Below, in pieces: positions 35,010 through 46,110 of a stretch of DNA of 64,000 nucleotides (position 1 is its first letter; every line of letters begins with the position of its first letter). Position numbers and translations under genes: made by a program. The notes under the pieces are model-generated. The model made no database searches and was not told the DNA's origin. It worked only from the letters and a program-made list of their open reading frames with translations. The DNA is from Somniosus microcephalus (lineage: Eukaryota), in assembly GCA_052327205.1 (NCBI GenBank), contig CM126208.1, forward strand, positions 254,944,001 through 255,008,000, in the 5' to 3' direction.

Positions 35010-35700
35010 CCCACTGCTAATTTGTTCCACAATTCTATCACACTTACTGAAAAAAATGTTGCCTAAATTTCCTATTTTCATTTGTCACCCTTAACTTTAA
35101 ACTCTGACCCTCTTGTCCTCAAATCCTGTGTCCAAGAGCTTTCCAAGGACTAATTTTCCCTACCCGTGAAAATCTTAAAGACCTCTATCAAGTCTCCCTT
35201 ATCTTCCTCTTCTCATGAGAGTAAAGTCCTGGATTGGATAAGCTTTTCTCATTAACTCAGCCCCCTAGTTCAGGAATCAGCCTCAGCCCTCATAATCCAA
35301 CATCCTTCTATAACACAGAAACCAAAGCTGAACACAGTACTCCAAATGTGGTCTTACCAAAGCCAGATCAACATTTTCAGCATCAGTTCAGACTTACAGG
35401 CCACACCCCTCGTTATACATCCTAATATGCTACTTGCTTTCTTGCCTGCCTAAGATCTCTGAGCTGACAGTTTTAATGACCTAGCCACCAAAACCCCCAG
35501 ATCTCTTTCCTGCTCTGTTAAGTCACATACATTACCATATGAAGTGTGTTCTACATTCTCACTTCTGTCAAATCTTCACATTCTTCTGCGTTGAGTTCCA
35601 TCTGCCACTCATCTGCCCATTGCACTAGCCTAGCTAGGTGCCTCGGTGGTCGACATTGATCAGTATCATTGGGCACTGCAGCCAATCTGGAGTCATCTAC
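35010..35700 (-). mobile_element. Old CR1 fragment
   Basis: Remnants ccacaattctatcac, acctctatcaagtctccc, aacacagtactccaaatgtggtct. Confidence 0.6.
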
Positions 35701-38602
35701 AAATTAATGGTGCATTTACACCCCAAGTTTAGTGGCAGTGTAACGTGCCTTTGGATTTGCACCAAGGCTACATTTACTTAGTGTAAATCAGGTGCTAAGG
35801 TCCATAGTAAAGAGAATGCGATTCTCTCCTTCAGGAATTCTCACTCTGCTTCATGTCAAGTTGTGCCCTGACTCCAGACTGAGGATGCCTTTACACTCTA
35901 ACTGCAGTGTTGGAGTGAATCAAAACCACGTCATATCGATACTGCAATTATAATGTAAATGCATCCTTAGACACAAAGGACAATATTCTGCTTTCCAAGT
36001 CACTTATATAAAAAAAATTATAAACACTGACCCCCAACACCAACCCCTGTGGGACTCCATTGGCAACTAGTTTCCACTTTGTGCCTCACTCAAGTGACCA
36101 TTCTTAATGTGCGAGTCTAGACAATGAGTGTTGGTATCATAGTCAATGATTGAGGTATAACAGCAAGGCCCAATCCTGACCTTATGCCATGTCCACATAC
36201 ATACACTTCCAGCAGGGATCACTGGATCTTGATCAGGAGTGCAAACCTGCCTGATTTTCCTCTCCCTGACTCAAAGTGCCACGGTCAGTTAACTTGTAGC
36301 TCCCTATACTTCCCCAAGCACAAGCCATGAATCAAACCTGGGACTGTATACTCAGATACTTACAGTCCTACATTTTTGGAGAATGAGTGGAAGTAGAGGA
36401 CCACTTTAAATGAAAAAAATTGGTGCGCCTCTTTGGAGAATGTGATTTGCCAGTAATAATCATGTGCCTGTTCTGTTCACGTTGCTTTCTAGTAATGTAC
36501 TTGGCTGCTGACGAGCACGATGTCTGTGTTTGATGATAGATCTCTGGATCAAGGCTAGTAAAGGGAGGCCAGTTGGAGATAGGGATTCAATGTTTTCCAA
36601 TGCTGTTGCTTGGTTGTGGGTAAGTGATGAGAGCTGCGGCTGGGGAACCCAGTGCCAGGAGGGAGTTGAAGTGGGAGGTGCGGGACATGATGTTGGCAGT
36701 GTAAAGACTGTGAGTCTGTGTGTTATTTCCTTCTAATTCCAATTTGATCTGATCCCAAACTCTCAGATAGAAAAACTCACTAAAGCACCTCATTCGGCGT
36801 TTCCTGGTTCCTGAGAAAGGATAAAGTTCCCTTCTTGCTCCACAAGCAATGTCCCCCTTTTTCTCCAGTGTCATCACTTAAGTGTGACTGGTTAGTATAA
36901 TTGCCACTGTTTTATGTTTAATATTTGTTTTATTGGAATTGATGAAAACTTCAGCACAGAGTACAACATTTAGTGACATTTCAATGAAAATTATATTCAT
37001 CATTGGCAAGAAATTGTTTCTCCGAGTACATATTTCATAACGTTTTGGTGAAGTCAATTTTTTTTAAAGAGGGTGTATTATTTGACATAATATATAACAT
37101 ACTTCTGAACAATATATAACTCATACAGAAAGATAACATTTAAATTAGTTTACAGGATAGAATTCCAAAAAGCAAAGCACTCAATGAAATTTCTGAGGAC
37201 AGATTATCTCTTTATATATGTAATCTTTCAAACTGGTCTTTACTTGTATGTCATTTCTTTTTAAACCAGGATACAAACCATCTGTTGACATTCGTTTTGA
37301 ACATGCCTCAAAGAGTTACTGAGCATTAAAATTAGAGCTCCTATCTCTCTTCCTGCTTTGCTCTCCCACCTCGTACCCCATTCTCCACCCAAAATGCTCC
37401 ACTTCCTGGTCATGTCAAGGGAGATCTACTAGTTGTGTATTTTGCAGGGTTCCTGCATCTATCCATTTGAGCTTGAGTGATGTAGACAGAGGATCCTGTT
37501 GGTGCGCATCTGCTTATCACTGTTGTCAGTGTGATCAGCCTTTTGTCGCAGAGAGTCTGTGATCTGGTTTCTGCCATCTGTTAGCATAGACTGACAACCT
37601 TGATAAGATGTGGGCACGCTCCAAGGGGATTCCCTTGGACTAGAATGGTTCGCGACATTAAATTCATCGCTTAGCAGTTAAAACTGATGAACTCCACAGA
37701 GGAGATTTTAAAAAGGGGATTAATTTAAAGAAAGAAATGGTCCATTACATTTTTTTTAAACACCCGAGCCTCATCTAAGGCAAGAGTTTATCCTTTAACT
37801 GATGTTTCCGTTTTACTATTGAAATATCAATCTTTTTGTGTGCTTCATCACTTGTTAGTAAACCAATCACATTATATCATTTAGGTTAAAAGTGGTGGAT
37901 ATTTTAAAACGGAGAACTTAACTGAAGTTGCTACAAGATAATATACTCATTCTTTGATGAGTTCCACGTGCTTATTTTTAAGTGCTTTCTATTCTGAGAA
38001 ATAGGTGGAGCCTAAAAAAAGTCATTTCAATTTAAAAAAAAGAGAAGTTGAGATAATGCACTGACTTGTATCCGATCCTTGGGGACACGCTCTTTATTCT
38101 TTAAAAATATCATTTCAACTGAGTTTTCGGTCTGTTTTGCAAAAATGTCATCTTTGTAGACAAAACTATTTTGCAGTGCAAAAATATATTTTCGATATGC
38201 AACAATAATTTGTTTGGTGTTGGATTTCTCCTCAATCTTGTGATGTCTTCATGTAAATAAAGTGTAGTATTTAATTTTACTTTTTGGTCCTCAATTTGTT
38301 TAAGCCTTATTTTCCAAAGACCCTTCTGCTAACCATAAGGATTAACCCGGCAATGTAAAAATGGAAAGGTCAAGAGAAAGGTAAAAGATTCACTTGCTCT
38401 CTGATGTTCCCTCCCTCGTCCTCAAGGTGCCTCACTTCATCTCGGCCTCTTCCCAATGACCAAGCTAAAAGCAGCAATTTAGGGTAAACGTGTGGCCATT
38501 TTGACTTTTTTCATTTTAGGTGCTGAAATGACAGCGGGCGCCAGCTGAAGTTGACTATAACAAGGGCAGATGTTTTACAAAATCTGCTCCACTTTTTCCT
38601 GC

Positions 38603-38960
38603 AAGAACATAAAGATGAGGGGTTTTAATAGAGTGGATAGGGAGAAATCGTTTCCACTGGCAGGAGGGTCAGTAGCCAGAGGACACAGGTTTAAGATAAT
38701 TGGCAAAAAATCCAGGGGGGAAATGAGAATTTTTTTTATGCAGCGAGTTGTTATGATCTGGAATGTGCTGCCTGAACAGGTGGTGGTAACTGATGTAATA
38801 GTTACTTTCGAAAGGGAATTGGATATATACTTGAAAAGGAGACATTTGCAGGGCTTTGGGGAAAGAGCAGGGGGTGTGGGACTAATTGGATAGCTCTTTC
38901 AAAGAGCCAGCACAGAGACAATGGGCCAAATGGCCTCCTTCTGCGCGGTATGATTCTATG
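38603..38960 (+). mobile_element. CR1 3' end
   Basis: MRGFNRVDREKSFPLAGGS..RGHRFK..FFMQRVVMIWN. Confidence 0.85.
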
Positions 38961-39352
38961 AAGAAATTGTACGAGGATACCACTGGGCAATGAACAATGT
39001 AATGCATGGTCTGGCAATTCTGGTTTAGCAAGTGTTCGATAACCCTGCAATTGCGCTTCTGTATACAAACTTCTCTCTTCCAAACAATGACATGGCCAAT
39101 GAGAGAGTGTCACAGACAGTAACAGCAATGTGAAAAGCTACATATCTAGTATTTTGTGCAAGCTTTTTGGGCTGATGCAGAATGTGGAGATGGAACCAGC
39201 AGCGGCGCTGATGTTCCTGGCAGAAACATGGAGGCCTGGGTTAAACACGAGCAAGTGTTACAGCGCCTCTCCAATCATAATCTTGTTGACGGCTGAGACA
39301 CATGTCCTTGATGTCAGACAGAGTGAACTGTGGCATTGAGTTTCCGCTCAAC

Positions 39353-39800
39353 CGCGTCAGCCATGGTGGCACTCTCGCCTCCGAGCCAGGAGGCAGTGGG
39401 TTCAAGTCCCGCTCCAGGGACTTCAGCACAATATCTAGGCTAACACTCCATTGCAGTACTGAGGGGGTGCTGCACTGCCAGAGGTGCCATCTTTCAGAAA
39501 AGACATTAAATCGAGGCCCCGTCTGCCCTCTCAGGTGGATGTAAAAGATCCCATGGAACTATTTTGTCAAAGAGCAGGGGAGTTCTCCCCAGTATCCTGG
39601 CCAATATTTATCCCTCAATCAACATCACTAAAAAAACAGATTATCTGATCAGTACCTCATTGCTGTTTGTGGGACCTTGTTGCGCACAAATTGGCTGCCA
39701 TATTTCCTACAACAGTGACTGCACTTCAAAAGTAATTAATTGGTTGTAAAGCGCTTTGGGACGTCCTGATGTGATAGGTGCTATATAAATGCAAGTTATT
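39353..39800 (+). mobile_element. Near full-length tRNA-derived Deu-domain SINE (SacSINE1-like)
   Basis: tRNA-like head with B box ggttcaagtccc; Deu core cagtactgagggggtgctgcactg; tail gtaaagcgctttgggacgtcctg..gctatataaatgcaag. Confidence 0.8.
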
Positions 39801-39977
39801 TTTTCAACAGATCTCCTGCAGCTTTTACTATAATGATGAGAGACAAGGAAAACAACTGAAAAATGTTGGCATATCATCGGATGGCCACATTTGAGCATGC
39901 TCACTTGGGCAAGGTACACCTAATGTGCAATAATCTATCAACTAGTCTATTAGTGGTAGATGCTTAAAACAAGACTA

Positions 39978-39996
39978 TTTTTAATAGGGATCCTCT

Positions 39997-40025
<29 letters not shown>
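39978..40025. repeat. (TG)n microsatellite
   Basis: Direct reading. Confidence 0.95.
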
Positions 40026-40027
<2 letters not shown>

Positions 40028-40229
40028 GGGGGGGCAAAGGGCAGGCCTTTGGGGAGCTTTGATTATCCTGTTGAACGATATAAATGCGAGTCTTGCTTTC
40101 AAATTTGTTTTAAATGCATGCAACCTAGAAGTCATTTAAACTTTTAAAAATAGCAGTAAAAAAAATGTTAACATGAATCCAGGAGTGCTGCTAATGAGAC
40201 TCCCTCCTGAAGTATTCACACTTCAGTGC

Positions 40230-40244
40230 TGACGTCAAGGAAAA
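40230..40244. promoter_or_regulatory. Perfect CRE (TGACGTCA) abutting an NFAT core (AGGAAAA) in intron 1
   Basis: tgacgtcaaggaaaa in unique sequence; motif match only. Confidence 0.4.
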
Positions 40245-41815
40245 CAAGATCTGCAGCGCGATTAAGCCCATCGCCTGTGCCGTTTGGATATAGTGACGTG
40301 TCAGAATGCTACATCTGCTGTCAGTTTAAGCAACCACTTCTATGTTGGAGCGCTGTGAGGACACACAAAAGGTTACGAGTTTGGGTAAACATATATGACA
40401 CCTGCATAGAATTTCTTTCTTTACTTTTAATCTATATATAATCGTGCCTTTGTACCGTTTTGATACTAGATTCTTGCGTGAACCCGCAGCTCAAATTGCC
40501 CCTAGCCTAACTGACTGGAGCCAGTGACTTTTAAGGTTGGCCTTTGCTCGGGAGACCACTAGTGGCTGCTACCGAGATGTGCTGCTTTTCATGTCCACGT
40601 GGTTCAGATCCCGCCCCCTCGCCCTTTTCTGTTTACTGACTCTCAAAATGATGACTGGCACTTCTGCAGGCATTCCTCATCCAAAAAGGTGTCGGCACGC
40701 AAAAAAATATCTTTAAAAAAAAATAATAAACCCTTCTCTTCCTCTCCTCCCCAGCTTCGCAGGTCTTGGATTTGCATGTCAGGGTGCGCCTCTGCTTTGA
40801 GCTAATCTGCCAGCTCAACTAAAAGAGTTGAGGCAAATCTGGGGCAAGAGCGGAGTTCGGGGGAACTAATTGGATTCGCTCTTTCAAAGAGCCGGCACAG
40901 GCACGGTGGGCCGAATGGCCGCCTCCTGTGCTGTATGATTCTATTAAAAAGGAAAAGCGGCTCACACTAGAAAGTCGGCTTCAGTTTCTGAAGTGAATGC
41001 TGACGATTGCACGCGAACGACTTTGGATTGAAAGTGCGGGGCTCGACGTGTGGTATTGGTATTGAAAGGTCTACATATGGCATCGGGACATTCCAGTTTG
41101 TTATGAAAACCCAGTCATTTTATATCCAGTTGACACCTCATTAATCACATGAGACGCGTGTAACATCTTGAATAAATGCCAAGTGCTTTGAATTAGAATG
41201 TGTACTTTGGCATGGATTGCCACTACCCAGACGACTGAATTAGACCATTCAGATGCCTTTTTTCTCTCTCTTCCCCTGACCATTTCTGCCAAGAGAGAGA
41301 AAAATAATCCCCTCGTCTGCTCAAAATACTGGCATCGGTTAGATTTCGGAGCAGGGCAATAGATGCAAATGATGAATATTAATGTAAAATATTCAACTGC
41401 ATTTTAAACTTTTTTTAAATAGACAAGTCAATACACATTGGCATTACTGACAGTGAATAGACGCACAGAGTAATCTCCCCGTGTCCAGACAGGACACCTC
41501 GGCAAACAACCAGACTTTACACACGTCTGCACTGTAGCACTGGGAAAGACCTGGGGAACACCGCCTCGGAGCCGCTAAACCCTCTGCAAATTCACTTCCA
41601 ACCTTCCAATTCTGCATCAAGAATTGTGTTTTCCACCCACCCTCCCCAAACACAGCGCTGTCTTGAATATTACCCACCCTTGTAGATATAATAATCCACC
41701 CTTGTGAATCCTGAGTTCACAATACGTCACCAAATCAAAGGCAAACCCGCGTCACAGTATTAAAGAAAACTATTGTCTCAGCTAACAAGTACAAATAAGA
41801 AAAATAATGACTTAC

Positions 41816-41834
41816 CTTCCTCTGCAGATTTCAT
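41816..41834 (-). CDS. NFATC1: NFATC1 alternative first exon alpha (P1), coding part MKSAEE+G, phase 1
   Basis: ATG AAA TCT GCA GAG GAA G|gtaagt; matches mammalian ...GGTMKSAEEE; perfect donor; phase fits the 19029 acceptor. Confidence 0.93.
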
Positions 41835-42057
41835 GCTGCCTTGGAGACAAGACGATGAGGACCACAGAACAACTTTTCTTTCTTTGCTTAGCCCCAGGGG
41901 TTCCGCAGCTAGAAAGCGGTCTGTGAGAGATTGACAAAGTATCCAGTCAGTAGCATTCTGGTGCACTTCGCGTCTACTTGCTTGCTTTCTTCCTTCTGGT
42001 GGTGCTTGCTGCCACTGGTTGGAGCAGCCGTGATTCCCACAGTTGGAATGTTAAAAT

Positions 42058-42230
42058 TGTGGGGCTGGTGCTATCCCGGCTGTGGGGCTGGTGCAATCCC
42101 GGCTGTGGGCTGTGGGTGTGGGGCTGGTGCAATCCCTGCCGTGGACTGTGGGTGTGGGGCTGGTGCAATCCCTGTTGCTCGGTGCTATCCCTGTTGCTGT
42201 GGGGCTGGTGCTATCCCTGCTGCTGCTCTT
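42058..42230. repeat. Minisatellite (tgtggggctggtgcWatccc, 5-6 copies) in the exon-alpha leader
   Basis: Direct reading. Confidence 0.85.
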
Positions 42231-43030
42231 GACGGACAGGAGTTCCCCCGGGCAGGAGCTAGGCTCCACTGATGTGCAATGTGTGTGTGTGTGTTGTGAT
42301 GGAGAGCCGCCAGCAGCTGAGACTGTGTCAGACACACTCCTTCCTTCCCTCCCTCCCTCTATCCCACTCACACAAACTGACGGACTCTAGGAGTCTTTAA
42401 AACAAATTAAAGCTGGAAACCAACTCCCCCATGTCTGCAAATGCGCGTGCACGCGCATCCCAACGTGCACAACCCCTACCGGTTGCGCGTGCACCCTCAG
42501 CAGCCCTTATCTGTGCACGCGCACTCCCAACCAGAGGTGCGCGGGTGCATGTTCTCATCACCCGTGCGCGCGCATTATGCGCGTGCACAATCCCCATCTG
42601 CGCGCGTGCAGGCTCAGTCTCCGTGCGCGTGCAACTCCCAATCCGCCTCTGTGCGCGTGCACTCTCCCCATCCGCCTCTGTGCGCGTGCACTCCCCCATC
42701 AGCCACATGTGCGCGTGCACGGTGCGCGTGCACACTCTCCATCCGCCCACTGTGCGCGTGCACTCGCCCCAGCCGCCACCTGCGCGCGCTCCGGGGTAAA
42801 GCCGAAACCAACCGAAGTGGGAAGCGAGTGTGGCGGGGAGAGCGGAGCCTAGCGGTGTGCGCCCCCTCGCCCTCACTGACTCACCCACCCACCGGCTCCG
42901 CCACCAACGCTGCTCGCTCTCGCTCTCGCTGCCCGGGCTCCCTTGGTGAGGAACGCCCGCCTGCCGCTGGAAGCTGAACTAACAGCAGCCACCTTACCTG
43001 TTACCTGAGCTAGCATCCAATCAGTAAAGG
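42230..43030 (-). promoter_or_regulatory. CpG-island P1 promoter of NFATC1
   Basis: CpG-dense; kB-like GGGGAACTCC (42239-42248), TGGAAA (42414-42419) beside an AT-rich TATA-like tract, AP-1 TGACTCA (42877-42883), CCAAT near 43017. Confidence 0.7.
42442..42790. repeat. Array of about 12-13 TGCGCGTGCA-core units, ~29-bp period in the best part
   Basis: e.g. tgtgcgcgtgcactctccccatccgcctc repeated with variable linkers. Confidence 0.85.
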
Positions 43031-43489
43031 ACAACTCTTTACTACCTAATTATTATTATAGGAACGCTTGAACTGTTACATCCAGGTTTATTATGGGCTG
43101 TCTGTGCAGCGAGCCAAGACAGGTCAAAACATATTACTAAGATGCACAATATTTTCAATAGGATCATCATTTGAAGATGAATGCATTTTATACAAGATTT
43201 TTTTTTAAATTCTATTAACGAATATATTATAAATCAGGGTGACACGAAAATCTTACATATTACAAGCTTTCAGAGGCGATTCCTTCACTGCTGCTGTAAA
43301 TCTTTCTGTAAACAGAGTATTTTTGTTATATTTATAAATGAAAGGTATATTGTATTTTCCTCACTGAACTATTTCAAAAGGTTTTTGAATAACATGGATC
43401 TGATAATCCTGTGAAATAGTGGCTTTCAGAACATTTAATACTGGGGAAGAACTCAAATATATACTTTTTTTTAAAGCTACGTTTTCTTT

Positions 43490-44345
43490 TCTGAAAGTTA
43501 ACATGCAGGTACAGCAAGCAATTAGGAAAGCAAATGGTATGTTGGCCTTTATTACAAGAGGATTTGAGTATAAGAGTAAAGACATCTTACTGCAATTATA
43601 TAGGGCCCTGGTAAGACCACACCTGGAGTATTGTACGATAGCAAAATACTGCGGATGCTGGAAATCCGAAATAACAACAGAAAATGCTGGAAAAACTCAG
43701 CAGGCCAGGCAACATCCGTGAAGAGAGAAATAGAGTCAACGTTTCGGGTCGAAACCCTTCTACAGAACTCGAGTATTGTATACAGTTTTGGCCTCCTTAC
43801 CTAAGGAAGGATATACTTGCCGGAGAGGGAGTGCAACAAAGGTTCACCAGACTGATTCCTGGGATGGGGGGGTGGGGGTGGGGGTTGTCCTATGAGGAGA
43901 GATTGAGTAGACTAGGCCTATATTCTTTAGAGTTTAGAAGAATGAGAGGTGATCTCATTGAAACATATAAAATTCTTACAGGGCTTGACAGGGTAGATGC
44001 TGAGAGGATGTTTCCCCTGGCTGGGGAGTCTAGAACCAGGGGTCACAGCCTCAGAATAAGGGGTCGGCCATTTAGGACTGAGATGAGGAGAAATTTCTTC
44101 ACTCAGAGGGCTGTGAATCTTTGGAATTCTCTGCCCCAGAGGGCTGTGGAGGCTCAGTCGTTGAGTATATTCAAGACAGAGATCGATAGATTTTTGGACA
44201 TTAAGGGAATCAAGGGATTTAGGGATAGTGCAGGAAAGTGGAGATGAGGTAGAAGATCAGCCATGATCTCATTGAATGGTGGAGCAGGGCTCGAGGGGCC
44301 GAATGGCCTACTCCTGCTCCTATTTCTTATGTTCTTATGTTCTTT
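43490..44345 (+). mobile_element. CR1 3' part with a nested Penelope-like tail (about 43636-43770, minus strand)
   Basis: CR1 motifs MQVQQAIRKANGMLAF..RPHLEYC; insert flanked by duplicated gagtattgta. Confidence 0.88.
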
Positions 44346-44474
44346 TTCCTCCCTCTGGGTATATCCCTGGTCACCGTTGCCAGGTGTTGCACAGCAGCCT
44401 TGGGTGACAGTTTATTCTGCTGTTGAGGACCATCTTCAGAACCAAAGAATGACTTTGTTGTTACATGTTCCCCA

Positions 44475-44690
44475 TTGTGTCCTGGCCAATATTTATCCCT
44501 CAACATCACGAAAACAGATTACCTGATCATTATCACATTGCTGTTTGTGGGACCTTGCTGTGTGCAACCTGGCTGCCGCATTTTCTGCATTACTATAGTG
44601 ACTACACTTACTGTAGTCATTGGCTGTAAAGCACTTTGGGACATCCTGACATTGTGAAAGACGCTATAGAAATGCAAGTTCTTTCTTTAC
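44475..44690 (+). mobile_element. Deu-SINE 3' half
   Basis: Similarity to 39590-39800. Confidence 0.7.
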
Positions 44691-45789
44691 ATCATTGTAT
44701 AATGCCCGTTTTAAACCTACAGGTATGCAAGCTAAATACATGCTGATTCCTGGCACCTCACCCATATGAACAGGTTGATTGAAGAGGGGCAAGATATAAT
44801 GGCCACACATGTGGTGCAATATGGAGGGTTACTGCACAGCACTATACATGTGCAGTACTTCACATGCTCTCCCAAGAGCTGAGGGCAGAAACCCTGTGGT
44901 TTTGTGACTCAATGGTTCCTGCATTTTCAGTCAGTCCATAAGAGGCCATATAGATGGGTATTGCCAGCTAGAAGGCCAGAAAAATATTGAAAAGGAAGTC
45001 TGAGATTTAGGAAGCTAATTTGGTGCTGAGGTGCAGGTTAACAGTCAGTAGAAGAGGAAATTACAATGAAACTATTATTTAGAGGTGGGCTCTTTTATAA
45101 TACTGTACTAAAAGAGTTCTGGACATAATTTGGGGTGGGTTGAGCTTAAACTTTAACAATGGATTTCTGCCTCTGGCACAAAGAGTTAAGCATAATGGAG
45201 TTAATAGAATATTAAACAGATTGGTTACTGATGGAACGATTATTGAGAAATAATTTAATTGACAGATCCAGATGATATTGCACCTGTGGCATTAGATTGT
45301 TGGGAAATAACACTTGTCTCCATTCTACAAGTTTATGATAGATGGCATCATGTCACCGAGAACATTACAATACAGTGACCTCCAGTCCTGTCTGAAGCAG
45401 ACAGACACAGTCTGATTCTAGTTTCTGACTATCGGTTCCCGATTGCCATTTTGCTCTTCAAACAGACCCCTTTCCAATAGGTACATCATTTGCTTTGTTT
45501 TTCTTCTTTTCAAACACTTTTTTTTCATAAAACACACGGGAAAGTAAGAATCACACTTTCAAAATTACAAAAACATCACAGTATCAAAGCAACATCCCGA
45601 AACAGCTTCAACTGACTTTACTTGACACTGAACAATTGCTGAAGTAGTCCTTTAAATCAACTCTATGAGCTGAAAAGTGTTTTAAATGTAAGTTTGAAGG
45701 ACTATATAGTCATTTTATTTCTGTGTTGTGCTGAAAACTATGGTTATCCAATCAATCTAATTGGGCTGGAACTAGAAAGAAAGAAGAAA

Positions 45790-46110
45790 GACAGACTTGC
45801 ATTTATATAGCGCCTTTCACGACCATCGGATGTCCCAAAGCACTTTACAGCCAATGAAGTACTTTTTGAAGTGTAGTCACTGTTGTAATGTAGGAAACGT
45901 GGCAGCCAATTTGCGCACAGCAAGCTCCCACAAACAGCAATGAGATAATGAGCAGATAATCTGTTTTAGTGATGTTGATTGAGGGATAAATATTGGCCAA
46001 GACACCGGGGATAACTCCCCTGCTCTTCTTCGAAATAGTGCCACAGGATCTTTTATGTCCACCTGAGAGGGTGGATGGGGCCTTGGTTTAACATCGCATC
46101 TGAAAAATGA
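45790..46110 (-). mobile_element. Deu-SINE, 5' truncated
   Basis: Reverse complement of 39480-39800. Confidence 0.8.

Noticed and set aside
36587-36877. 96-aa minus-strand ORF as an additional exon or gene
   Set aside because: No recognisable homology or convincing splice context
39353-39430. tRNA gene
   Set aside because: It is the tRNA-derived head of a SINE, followed by the SINE core and tail
42058-42790. Repeat-plus-linker arrays as CRISPR-like
   Set aside because: Eukaryotic promoter context; linkers are related to each other and short; no cas genes
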